Positions 36,363-45,324 of a stretch of DNA of 64,000 nucleotides are shown piece by piece; position 1 is the first letter of the stretch, and each line of letters opens with the position of its first letter. Origin of the DNA: Candidatus Omnitrophota bacterium (GTDB taxonomy: Bacteria > Omnitrophota > Gorgyraeia > Gygaellales > Profunditerraquicolaceae). The notes below the pieces were generated by a model. It did not search any database. It was not told where the DNA came from and saw only the letters and a program-made list of their open reading frames with translations. A program made the translations under genes and the position numbers. Location of the stretch: assembly GCA_026387455.1 (NCBI GenBank), contig JAPLLR010000043.1:9683-73682 (forward strand), written 5' to 3'.

Positions 36363-37538
36363 ATGACTAAAGAAGAAATACTAGAGTCTTATAGCGAAAA
36401 TATAATGCCTACTTATACTAAGGTGCCTTTGGTGTTTGTCAAGGGCAAGGGTTCAAAGCTTTGGGATATCCATAGCAAAGCTTATCTTGATTTCTTTCCC
36501 GGCTGGGGAGTGGGTAATCTCGGTCATTGCCATCCGAAAGTGATGCAGGCAGTCAGGGATCAGGTCGATAAACTTATATTTATCCCGAATAATTATTACC
36601 AAATACCTCAGGCGAAACTTGCCCGGGAAATGGTTTACTGGACATATCCTGCTAAAGTCTTTTTCTGTAACTCCGGGGCCGAAGCTAATGAGGGCGCAAT
36701 CAAATTATCCCGGAAGTTCGGGCGAGGTCGATTTGAGATAATTACTTTTGATAATGCTTTTCACGGCCGGACGCTGGCTACGCTGACCGCGACAGGCCAG
36801 AAGAAATATCAGGAGGGGTTTGAGCCGCTGGTTGAAGGGTTTAAGACGGTTAAGTTCAATGACATTTTAGCGGTGAAAGCCGCCATAACTGACAAGACAG
36901 TGGCGATAATGCTGGAGCTGGTGCAGGGAGAGGGCGGGATCAATGTCGCGGATAAGAGCTTTGTACAGGAGCTAAGGTCGATCTGCGATGAGAAGAATAT
37001 GCTCTTGATCGTTGATGAGGTGCAGACCGGAATAGGCAGGACAGGAAAGCTTTTTTGCTATCAGCACTACGGGATCATTCCGGATATTATGACTTTGGCT
37101 AAGGCATTGGGAGGTGGATTGCCGATAGGCATGATGGTGGTTAAAAAAGAGATCGCTGACACCTTGCAGCCGGGCACACACGCTTCTACTTTTGGCGGAG
37201 GGCTGGTTATCTCCCGGGCGGCACTCGCCGTGCTGGTGGCAATACAAAAGGAAAAACTTTTGGTAAACGCCACCAAGATGGGAGAGTATTTATTTGTTAA
37301 GTTAAATGAGCTAAAAGATAAATTCAGCGTGATTAAAGAAGTGAGGGGCAAAGGCTTGATGATTGGTGTGGAATTGAATATTCCGGGAAAAGCGATTGTT
37401 GAGAAGTGTGTGGAGAAGGGCCTTTTGATCAATTGTACCCACGATACGGTTTTAAGGCTGATGCCGGCGCTGAATATCACCAAGAAAGATATTGATAAGG
37501 CGGTAAATTTACTGGATGAGGTATTAAAGGAGATATGA
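36363..37538 (+). CDS. argD: Acetylornithine aminotransferase
   Basis: Class-III PLP aminotransferase: LIVDEVQTGIGRTGKLF with the PLP-lysine context TLAKALGGG. Confidence 0.93.
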   Translation: MTKEEILESYSENIMPTYTKVPLVFVKGKGSKLWDIHSKAYLDFFPGWGVGNLGHCHPKVMQAVRDQVDKLIFIPNNYYQIPQAKLAREMVYWTYPAKVFFCNSGAEANEGAIKLSRKFGRGRFEIITFDNAFHGRTLATLTATGQKKYQEGFEPLVEGFKTVKFNDILAVKAAITDKTVAIMLELVQGEGGINVADKSFVQELRSICDEKNMLLIVDEVQTGIGRTGKLFCYQHYGIIPDIMTLAKALGGGLPIGMMVVKKEIADTLQPGTHASTFGGGLVISRAALAVLVAIQKEKLLVNATKMGEYLFVKLNELKDKFSVIKEVRGKGLMIGVELNIPGKAIVEKCVEKGLLINCTHDTVLRLMPALNITKKDIDKAVNLLDEVLKEI

Positions 37539-38452
37539 AAAAAGACTTAGTTACTATCAAAGACTTAAGTTCTAAGGAAATTGAAGATATTTTTAACCTG
37601 ACTGATAAGCTTAAAGTTAACAAGGCTAAGTTCAGTAAGGTGCTGTCCGGAAAGACATTGGCTTTGATCTTTCAGAAGCCTTCCAACAGGACGCGGGTGT
37701 CTTTTTCTGTCGGCATGTATCAGCTGGGAGGTAATTCCATATACCTGGCTCCCAATGAGATCAATCTGGGAGTGAGGGAGACAGTCGAGGATGTGGCTAA
37801 GACGCTTTCCCGCTATGTCGATGGAATAGTCTTAAGGACTTTTGAGCATAAAAATGTGTTAGATTTGGCCAAATTTGCCACTGTCCCGGTTATAAACGGA
37901 TTGTCGGATTTTTCGCATCCCTGTCAGGCCTTGGCAGATGTTTATACCGTGAAGGAAAAGTTTAAGAAATTGAAAGGTATTACTCTGGCCTACGTTGGCG
38001 ATGGGAACAATGTCTGTAATTCATTATTGTTTGCCTGTGCTAAGGTGGGTATGAATATTCATGTGGGTTGTCCTAAAGAATATGAGCCGGATAGCCAAGT
38101 GGTAAGTGACGTTAAAGTTATTGCGGCTAAGTCCGGGGCTAAGGTCAATATCTTTAATGACCCTTTGCAGGCAGCAATTGATGTCGATGTTTTGTATACT
38201 GATGTTTGGGCGAGCATGGGTCAGGAAGAAGAAATAAAAGTGAGGAAGAAAATATTCAAGGATTATCAGGTCAACAGCACCTTGATGAAGCTGGCTAAGA
38301 AAAGCTGTCTGATTATGCATTGCCTGCCCGCGCACAGGGGAGAAGAAATCTCTAACGAGGCGATGGATAGCCCCAATTCGGTGGTTTTTGATGAGGCGGA
38401 GAACAGGATGCATGTGCAAAAGGCGATTTTGATAAGACTACTAAAGCGTTAA
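37535..38452 (+). CDS. argF: Ornithine carbamoyltransferase
   Basis: STRTR-type motif SNRTRVSF, HPCQALAD and HCLPAHRGEE. Confidence 0.95.
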   Translation: MKKDLVTIKDLSSKEIEDIFNLTDKLKVNKAKFSKVLSGKTLALIFQKPSNRTRVSFSVGMYQLGGNSIYLAPNEINLGVRETVEDVAKTLSRYVDGIVLRTFEHKNVLDLAKFATVPVINGLSDFSHPCQALADVYTVKEKFKKLKGITLAYVGDGNNVCNSLLFACAKVGMNIHVGCPKEYEPDSQVVSDVKVIAAKSGAKVNIFNDPLQAAIDVDVLYTDVWASMGQEEEIKVRKKIFKDYQVNSTLMKLAKKSCLIMHCLPAHRGEEISNEAMDSPNSVVFDEAENRMHVQKAILIRLLKR

Positions 38453-38466
38453 GTCAGGGAGGACTA

Positions 38467-38841
38467 ATGAAAAAAAGTTTTACATTGGTGGAATGTATCC
38501 TTGTGTTGGTCATAGTCATCATTATCATGGCTGCTTTTATGCCTGTTTTTAGCAAGGCAAAAGAAAGGAATCTAGACAGAGAGGCTTCTGTGTATTTAAA
38601 AATGTTGCAACAGGCGGAAAAGACCCGTAAATTAGAATCGGGAACTTATTATGGAGACCAATCAGACACCGCTACTATTAACAGTAATCTTAGGATTATG
38701 TTGCCTACAATAGCGTCTAATTGGAATTATACTGTTAAATCTACGGGCTGTGTTCAGGCGGTTAGAAACGGCGGCGATGCCCGGTCATGGAATCTGATTA
38801 TAACTAATAACGCTGCACCCGCTTCTGGGCTTTGTCCATAA
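38467..38841 (+). CDS. Type IV pilin-like protein (N-terminal methylation-motif domain) embedded in the arg operon
   Basis: MKKSFTLVECILVLVIVIIIMA: class III signal with F+1 and E+5 but Ser rather than Gly at -1; SD GGGAGGA upstream; C-terminal Cys pair. Confidence 0.65.
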   Translation: MKKSFTLVECILVLVIVIIIMAAFMPVFSKAKERNLDREASVYLKMLQQAEKTRKLESGTYYGDQSDTATINSNLRIMLPTIASNWNYTVKSTGCVQAVRNGGDARSWNLIITNNAAPASGLCP

Positions 38842-38850
38842 GGAGATTAA

Positions 38851-40032
38851 ATGAAAAAAGTTGTGCTAGCATATTCCGGCGGGTTAGATACTTCCTGCAT
38901 TGTGAAGTGGCTTGATGAGCGGGGTTATGAGGTGATCTGTTTTTGCGCTGATCTTGGGCAGGGGCTGGGAAGCGGCGAGGACCTGGCGGCAATTGAACGC
39001 AGGGCATTGGTTGCGGGCGCTTCCAAGGTGTATATAAAAGACTTGCAGGATGAGTTTGTCGGGGACTTTGTCATTCCGGCTATAAAGGCCAACGCCATAT
39101 ATGAAGGTAAGTATTTATTGGCAACCGCTTTGGGTAGGCCGTTGATCGCTAAATACCTGGTAGAGATTGCGCATAAGGAAAATGCCGATGCTGTGGCCCA
39201 TGGCTGTACGGGAAAAGGCAATGACCAGGTCAGGCTTGAGGTCACTGCCGGGATACTGGATCCGAAGCTTGAGATCCTGGCTCCGGTAAGGGATTGGGAA
39301 TTTAAATCTAGGGAAGAAGAGATTGAGTACGCCAGGAGGCATAAAATCCCTATTGATGTGACTAAGAAAAAGCCTTACAGCATTGACAGGAATATCTGGG
39401 GTATTAGCATTGAGGCGGGGGTTTTAGAAGATCTCGAGCAGGAGCCTCCGGAAGACACGTACATGATCACTAATGGCCCGGCCAAGCAGCCAGGCACTGC
39501 AAAATATGTCGAGATTTATTTTGAGAAGGGTATTCCTAAGAAAATCGATGGTAAGACTATGAAACTCAAAAATCTTATTAGCTACCTTAATAAGGTTGGT
39601 GGGCAGCATGGCGTGGGCAGGATGGATCTGGTCGAGAACAGGCTGGTAGGGATAAAATCCCGGGAAATATATGAAGCGCCAGGCGCGACTATTCTTTACA
39701 CCGCGCATAAGGAGTTAGAGAGCGTGGTGCTAGACAGGGAGCTCATGCACTTTAAGGATATTGTATCTTTGAAATATTCCGACCTGATCTATAACGGGCT
39801 TTGGTATTCAGATCTCAAGAAAGCGCTGGATGGATTTGTAAATTCCACGCAGCGATATGTCACCGGGAGCATTAAGCTAAAATTATTCAAGGGAAGCTGT
39901 GTGCCGGTGGGGAGGAAGTCAAAGAACTCACTGTATAAAAAAGAGCTGAGCACTTATGGCAAAGAAGATAAGTTCAACCAGAAACTGGCGGAAGGGTTCA
40001 TCAGGATCTGGGGGATGCCTTATCAGAGATAA
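38851..40032 (+). CDS. argG: Argininosuccinate synthase
   Basis: VVLAYSGGLDTS PP-loop and the rest of the type-1 ArgG signature. Confidence 0.95.
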   Translation: MKKVVLAYSGGLDTSCIVKWLDERGYEVICFCADLGQGLGSGEDLAAIERRALVAGASKVYIKDLQDEFVGDFVIPAIKANAIYEGKYLLATALGRPLIAKYLVEIAHKENADAVAHGCTGKGNDQVRLEVTAGILDPKLEILAPVRDWEFKSREEEIEYARRHKIPIDVTKKKPYSIDRNIWGISIEAGVLEDLEQEPPEDTYMITNGPAKQPGTAKYVEIYFEKGIPKKIDGKTMKLKNLISYLNKVGGQHGVGRMDLVENRLVGIKSREIYEAPGATILYTAHKELESVVLDRELMHFKDIVSLKYSDLIYNGLWYSDLKKALDGFVNSTQRYVTGSIKLKLFKGSCVPVGRKSKNSLYKKELSTYGKEDKFNQKLAEGFIRIWGMPYQR

Positions 40033-40109
40033 ATGTCACGGGACAGACTCCGTCAAAGCTATAACTTTCAGCACATAGGAGCCCTGTCCCGACCATATAG
40101 GAGAATTTA

Positions 40110-41489
40110 ATGAGTAAGAAATTATGGGGATCAAGATTTTCGAAAAAGACTAACGCGATGGTGGATAAGTTCACTTCAAGTATCTCTTACGACCAGAGGC
40201 TGGCGAAGTATGACATTTTGGGAAGTATCGCCCATGCCACTATGCTTGGGAAAAAGAAGATTATTCCTTCGGTTGATGCGGCTAAGATCGTAAAGGGCCT
40301 TAAAGTAATCCTTAAAGATGTAGTAGCAGGGAAATTCAAGTTTGACCCAACTGCTGAGGATATCCACTCTAATATTCAGGACCTGCTTTTTAAGAAATCC
40401 GGAAGCGCCGCGCTTAAACTGCATACTGCCCGCTCTAGAAACGACCAGATCGCTTTGGATATTAAGATGTATTTAAAGGAAGAGACTAAGGAGCTAGCTG
40501 AGTCTATATCTTTGCTGCAGAAATCTATTCTTAGGTTTGCCAAGTCTAACGCCAAGGTAATCATCCCAAGCTACACGCATTTGCAGGTGGCGCAATGCGT
40601 ATTACTCGCGCATCATCTTTTGGCGTATGTGGAAGCTTTAGAGAGGGATAAGGAACGGATACAGGATGCGGCTAAAAGGATAGATATTATGCCGCTTGGG
40701 GCTTGTGCACTTTCCGGGACAGGACTGCCTATTGACCGGACGTTAGTTGCCAAACAGCTGGGATTTTCTAAGGTGACGGAAAATAGCATTGACAGCGTCA
40801 GCGACAGGGATTACATCATTGAGATACTCGCAGACTTAGCCATATTATCCGTGCATTTATCCAGGATGGCCGAGGACCTGATACTCTGGTCGACTAAGGA
40901 GTTCTCTTTTATCGATATTGATTTCTCGTTTTGCACGGGCTCAAGCATCATGCCGCACAAGAAAAATCCCGATGTCCTGGAATTAATCAGGGGTTCGGTG
41001 GGTAAGATCAATGGAGAACTTTCAAGTGTGCTGATCCTGATGAAAGGCCTGCCTTTGTCTTACAACCGGGATATGCAGCTGGATAAGCCTCCCGTATTTA
41101 ACGCCATTGATACAGCCAAGAATATCTTAGAGATATTTGAGGCGTTGTTTGAGAACATCATAATCGAAAAAGAGGCGGTTGCCGCTAAATTGACGGATGA
41201 GTCGATGTTCTCGGTGGATATTGTGGAATACTTGATTAAAAAGGGCGTATCCTACCGGGGAGCCCATGATATTGTCGGCAGGCTTGTTCGGGGGTGTCTG
41301 GACAAGGGCAAGAAAATATCCGCTTTAAGCCCGCAAGAGCTAAAAAGGTATTCTACCGAACTTGGTAGCGATGTTAAGAAGATCTTGAGTGCCGAGAAAT
41401 CCCTGAATTTGAAGAAATCTTACGGCAGCACTAACCCCAGGCTTGTTGCAGCACAGCTTGACAAATGGAGCAAGAAACTGCATGCATGA
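40110..41489 (+). CDS. argH: Argininosuccinate lyase
   Basis: Fumarate-lyase signature GSSIMPHKKNPD. Confidence 0.95.
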   Translation: MSKKLWGSRFSKKTNAMVDKFTSSISYDQRLAKYDILGSIAHATMLGKKKIIPSVDAAKIVKGLKVILKDVVAGKFKFDPTAEDIHSNIQDLLFKKSGSAALKLHTARSRNDQIALDIKMYLKEETKELAESISLLQKSILRFAKSNAKVIIPSYTHLQVAQCVLLAHHLLAYVEALERDKERIQDAAKRIDIMPLGACALSGTGLPIDRTLVAKQLGFSKVTENSIDSVSDRDYIIEILADLAILSVHLSRMAEDLILWSTKEFSFIDIDFSFCTGSSIMPHKKNPDVLELIRGSVGKINGELSSVLILMKGLPLSYNRDMQLDKPPVFNAIDTAKNILEIFEALFENIIIEKEAVAAKLTDESMFSVDIVEYLIKKGVSYRGAHDIVGRLVRGCLDKGKKISALSPQELKRYSTELGSDVKKILSAEKSLNLKKSYGSTNPRLVAAQLDKWSKKLHA

Positions 41490-42744
41490 ATTTAAGTATA
41501 AAAGTGATCGGTTATTTTGCGAGCAGGTAAATGTTCAGGATCTAGCGGAGAAGTATGGAACGCCGCTTTATGTTTATAGTTACGGGACTTTAGTCGATCA
41601 TTACTTGAAGCTCAAGCACGCATTCCGAAAGATACAGCCGCTTATCTGTTACTCAGTCAAGGCCAATTCCAATCTGGCATTGCTGAAAGCTCTGGTGGAT
41701 AAGGGCGCTGGCCTGGATATCGTATCGGGTGGTGAATTATTTCGGGCTCTTAAGGTCGGCTGTCCGGCAAATAAAATCGTTTATGCTTCTGTCGGCAAGA
41801 CCGATGCAGAAATAGAAGAGGCGATACGTAGAGGCATATTGTTTTTTAACGTGGAATCTGTGCCGGAACTTGAGAATATTAACCGCATCGCGAAATCGCT
41901 TAATAAAGTAACTAATGTAGCTATTCGTATTAATCCGGATGTAGAGCCTAAGACTCATAAATATATCACCACGGGGAAGTTGACCAATAAATTCGGCATT
42001 GATTTAAAAAGCGCCCGTCAGATCTTGCACTTACGTAAAGCTTTGGATTATGTCAGGATCTCTGGGCTCCATATTCACATCGGTTCCCAGATAACCGAAA
42101 GCGATCCTTATGTGGCGGCTATAAGAAAGATGGTTGCGTTTATCAAAATTTTAAAGAATTGCGACGTGGTCATCGAGTATTTGAATATCGGCGGAGGCTT
42201 GGGGATAATCTATAACAAGGAGACTCCTCAGACTGCCCAGAATTACGCCAAGAAAGTACTCCCTTTGCTAAAGAAGACCGGGCTTAAAGTGATCATGGAG
42301 CCGGGCAGGTTCATTGCGGGCAATGCCGGGATACTGGTTGCGAAAGTATTGTATATCAAATCGACGCCGAAGAAGAAGTTTGTAATCGTTGATGGAGGGA
42401 TGAATGATTTGATCCGTCCGGCCCTATATGAGGCGTATCATAATATTGTGCCGCTTAAAGCAAGCGCGCGACCACTAGAGAAAGTGGATGTGGTGGGTCC
42501 GATTTGTGAGAGCGGAGATTTCTTCGCTAAAGAAAGAAAATTGCCCAAACTTAAAGAAGGCGAATATATTGCGGTGATGAGCGCGGGTGCGTATGGCTTT
42601 AGCATGTCCAGCAACTATAATTCCCGCAGGCGTGCCCAGGAAGTGATGGTTGATAAAGATAAAGTTTATGTGATCAGGAAACGGGAGACCTTTGATGACC
42701 TTATCCGTAATGAGGTGATCCCGCCGAAAAGATTCGGATTTTAA
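41482..42744 (+). CDS. lysA: Diaminopimelate decarboxylase
   Basis: GTPLYVY, PLP-lysine context YSVKAN and EPGR; start at the ATG at 41482 overlapping the argH stop (track start 41443). Confidence 0.92.
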   Translation: MHEFKYKSDRLFCEQVNVQDLAEKYGTPLYVYSYGTLVDHYLKLKHAFRKIQPLICYSVKANSNLALLKALVDKGAGLDIVSGGELFRALKVGCPANKIVYASVGKTDAEIEEAIRRGILFFNVESVPELENINRIAKSLNKVTNVAIRINPDVEPKTHKYITTGKLTNKFGIDLKSARQILHLRKALDYVRISGLHIHIGSQITESDPYVAAIRKMVAFIKILKNCDVVIEYLNIGGGLGIIYNKETPQTAQNYAKKVLPLLKKTGLKVIMEPGRFIAGNAGILVAKVLYIKSTPKKKFVIVDGGMNDLIRPALYEAYHNIVPLKASARPLEKVDVVGPICESGDFFAKERKLPKLKEGEYIAVMSAGAYGFSMSSNYNSRRRAQEVMVDKDKVYVIRKRETFDDLIRNEVIPPKRFGF

Positions 42745-42745
42745 T

Positions 42746-43540
42746 ATGAAAAAATTAAGTTTTACCAAAATGGTGGCATCGGGGAACGATTTCGTGGTCG
42801 TGGATGCGTATCAGGGGTCCAGCGCATCGGGATATCGGGACCTGGCGAAGAAAGTGTGCGATAGAAAGTTTGGCATTGGCGCAGACGGGTTGCTTGTCTT
42901 AAGTAAATCAAAGTTGGCCAAAGTCAGGATGCGCATATTCAATGCCGATGGGTCTGAGGCAGAGATGTGCGGTAACGGTGCCCGGTGTGCCGCGCTATAT
43001 ACAGGTAAAAAGAATGTGCGTCTTGAAACTTTGGCCGGGATTATTGAGGCAATAGTCAGCAGAGATTTGGTAAAGATAAAACTTACCGATCCGTATAGCC
43101 TCAAATTAGATTTGCCGGTCAAAATAGGCAGCAGGTCTTTATGGGTCAATTTTATTAATACCGGTGTTCCGCATGCGGTCATTTTTGTTGACGGCTTAGA
43201 GAATATCGATGTGCATGGGCTTGGCCGGCATATCCGAAATCACAAGGAGTTTTCCCCAAAAGGCACAAATGTAAATTTTATTGAAGTGCTGGATAATGAC
43301 TCTATCGCGATAAGGACTTACGAAAGAGGAGTGGAGGCAGAGACGCTTGCCTGTGGTACCGGCAGCACTGCTTCGGCGCTTGTTTTTGCTCTGAGGGCGG
43401 GGATAAATAAAAGCGTAAAAGTACACACTAGAAGCGGCGAGGTGTTGAAGGTATATTTTAATAGAGTAGACGATGAATTCAGCGATGTCTGGCTTGAGGG
43501 AAATGCTCGCATTGTTTACAAAGGAGAGTGCCATGTTTAG
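42746..43540 (+). CDS. dapF: Diaminopimelate epimerase
   Basis: FTKMVASGNDFVVVD N-terminus and the two catalytic Cys (MCGNGARC, ACGTGSTA). Confidence 0.93.
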   Translation: MKKLSFTKMVASGNDFVVVDAYQGSSASGYRDLAKKVCDRKFGIGADGLLVLSKSKLAKVRMRIFNADGSEAEMCGNGARCAALYTGKKNVRLETLAGIIEAIVSRDLVKIKLTDPYSLKLDLPVKIGSRSLWVNFINTGVPHAVIFVDGLENIDVHGLGRHIRNHKEFSPKGTNVNFIEVLDNDSIAIRTYERGVEAETLACGTGSTASALVFALRAGINKSVKVHTRSGEVLKVYFNRVDDEFSDVWLEGNARIVYKGECHV

Positions 43541-44411
43541 GGGTTCCATTACCGCAATTGTTACGCCTTTCAAAAACGGCCAGGTTGATGAAAAGAAATT
43601 CAGGGAACTGATCGAGTTTCAGATCAAGCACGGCACTTTCGGAATAGTCCCCTGCGGCACTACCGGAGAATCCGCTACTTTGAACTTTGAAGAGCATGAC
43701 TGCGTGATCGAGATCGCTATCGAGCAAGCCAAAAAGAGGGTGCCGGTGATCGCTGGCACAGGGTCTAATTCCACCGAGGAAGCGATTATGCTCACAAAGC
43801 ACGCGGCCAAGGCCGGGGCAGACGCCTCTTTGCAGGTCTCTCCTTATTACAACCGCCCTACGCAAAAAGGCCTGTATCTGCATTTTAAGGCCATAGCGGA
43901 TGCCGTGGATATACCGATCATTTTATACAATATCGCCTCGCGTACGGGAGTGAATATTGAGCCGGAGACCATCGCCCAGTTAGCTAAGGACTGCAAAAAT
44001 ATAGTGGCAGTCAAGGAGGCTTCGGGGAGCTTGGACCAGATGTCGCGGGTGAAGGCGCTGTGCCCGGACAGCTTTGAGCTGATTTCCGGAGATGATAGTC
44101 TGACTTTGCCGGTATTAAGTATCGGCGGGACCGGGATCATCTCGGTAGTGTCAAACATCATCCCTAAAGATATGGCTGATATGGTGGCGGCTTTTGAAAA
44201 AGGCGACATCAAGAAGGCCCAAAGTCTGCATTTCAAGATGCTGCCTTTGATCAAGGCGATATTCATCGAGACTAACCCGATCCCCGTAAAGACCGCAATG
44301 GGGTTGATGGGGCTGTGCGAACCGGATTTGCGTTTGCCGATGTGTCCGATGTCGCCGGATAATTTAGAGAAGTTGAAGAAAGCGCTTAAGGATTACGGAT
44401 TGATAAAATAA
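43533..44411 (+). CDS. dapA: 4-hydroxy-tetrahydrodipicolinate synthase
   Basis: GSITAIVTPF...CGTTGES and Schiff-base Lys in VAVKEASG; start at the ATG at 43533 with SD AAAGGAGAG (track start 43473). Confidence 0.93.
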   Translation: MFRGSITAIVTPFKNGQVDEKKFRELIEFQIKHGTFGIVPCGTTGESATLNFEEHDCVIEIAIEQAKKRVPVIAGTGSNSTEEAIMLTKHAAKAGADASLQVSPYYNRPTQKGLYLHFKAIADAVDIPIILYNIASRTGVNIEPETIAQLAKDCKNIVAVKEASGSLDQMSRVKALCPDSFELISGDDSLTLPVLSIGGTGIISVVSNIIPKDMADMVAAFEKGDIKKAQSLHFKMLPLIKAIFIETNPIPVKTAMGLMGLCEPDLRLPMCPMSPDNLEKLKKALKDYGLIK

Positions 44412-44412
44412 A

Positions 44413-44601
44413 ACACCTGGCTTTAGCCCCTTCCTTAGTCCCTTCCTTAAAAGGTATAGGAAGGACTACCCCTGTGGGGTTAAAAGGTATAGGAAGGGCT
44501 ACCTCTCTGGGGTTATAGGATAAGCCAGTGTTCCGTCCTAAAAAGGACGCACCCAGCATACCTTTTAGCTGGGGTGCAGCTTTTTGCGCAAGGAGAGTTA
44601 G
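44413..44601 (+). promoter_or_regulatory. dapB leader: third copy of the conserved leader motif, split by an inserted tandem REP-like repeat
   Basis: ACACCTGGCTTT (44413-44424) and AAGCCAGTGTTCCG (44522-44535) match the two arms of hairpin 1 of the carB/lemA leader; 44425-44521 between them carries the repeat units. Confidence 0.5.
44427..44512. repeat. Two tandem units of the dispersed palindromic repeat (AAAAGGTATAGGAAGGnCTACCyCTsTGGGG)
   Basis: Direct tandem duplication, related to 28133-28172. Confidence 0.6.
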
Positions 44602-45312
44602 ATGATTAAACTAGGCATAGCGGGTGCTTGCGGAAGGATGGGCAGGCGTATATTTGAACTGGCGCAGCAGGATAAGGATTTTGATATCACTCTTGCTCTT
44701 GAGAAAAAAGGTACTCCTCTGATCGGAAAAGATTTAGGTAGGATCAAAGTCTCATCTAGTCCGGACGGGTTATTCCTTACGGATGTGCTTATTGATTTTA
44801 CCCTTCCTGAGGCGGCGGAAGAACACCTGGATTATGTGGCTAAATATAGGAAAGCGCTGGTTCTGGGCACTACCGGATTGACTGACGCGCAGCTTAAAAA
44901 GGTGGAAGAGGTTTCCGGTGTTGTGCCGGTGGTTTTTTCGCCCAATATGTCTATCGGTGTGAATGTCTTGTTCTTAGCTTTGCCGGAATTAGCCAGAAAG
45001 CTCGGACCCGACTACAATATTGAGATAGTCGAGGCGCATCATAAAGCCAAGAAAGACGCGCCTTCCGGAACAGCCAAGAAATTAATTGAGGTCTTGGCTA
45101 ATGCGACGGGCAAAGAGATACCTACACACGCCATCCGCTTAGGGGACATTGTGGGCGACCATACGGTGATATTCTGCGGTAATTCTGAGCGCATTGAGAT
45201 CAAACATCAGGCGCATTCCCGCGATTTATTTGCAGTCGGCGCGCTGAAGGCGGCGAAATGGATATTTAACAAACCTGCGGGGTTATATTCCATGCAGGAT
45301 GTGCTGAAATAA
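44602..45312 (+). CDS. dapB: 4-hydroxy-tetrahydrodipicolinate reductase
   Basis: IKLGIAGACGRMGRRI NAD(P)-binding N-terminus and the EAHHKAKKDAPSGTA motif. Confidence 0.92.
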   Translation: MIKLGIAGACGRMGRRIFELAQQDKDFDITLALEKKGTPLIGKDLGRIKVSSSPDGLFLTDVLIDFTLPEAAEEHLDYVAKYRKALVLGTTGLTDAQLKKVEEVSGVVPVVFSPNMSIGVNVLFLALPELARKLGPDYNIEIVEAHHKAKKDAPSGTAKKLIEVLANATGKEIPTHAIRLGDIVGDHTVIFCGNSERIEIKHQAHSRDLFAVGALKAAKWIFNKPAGLYSMQDVLK

Positions 45313-45324
45313 CGGAGAAAGATA

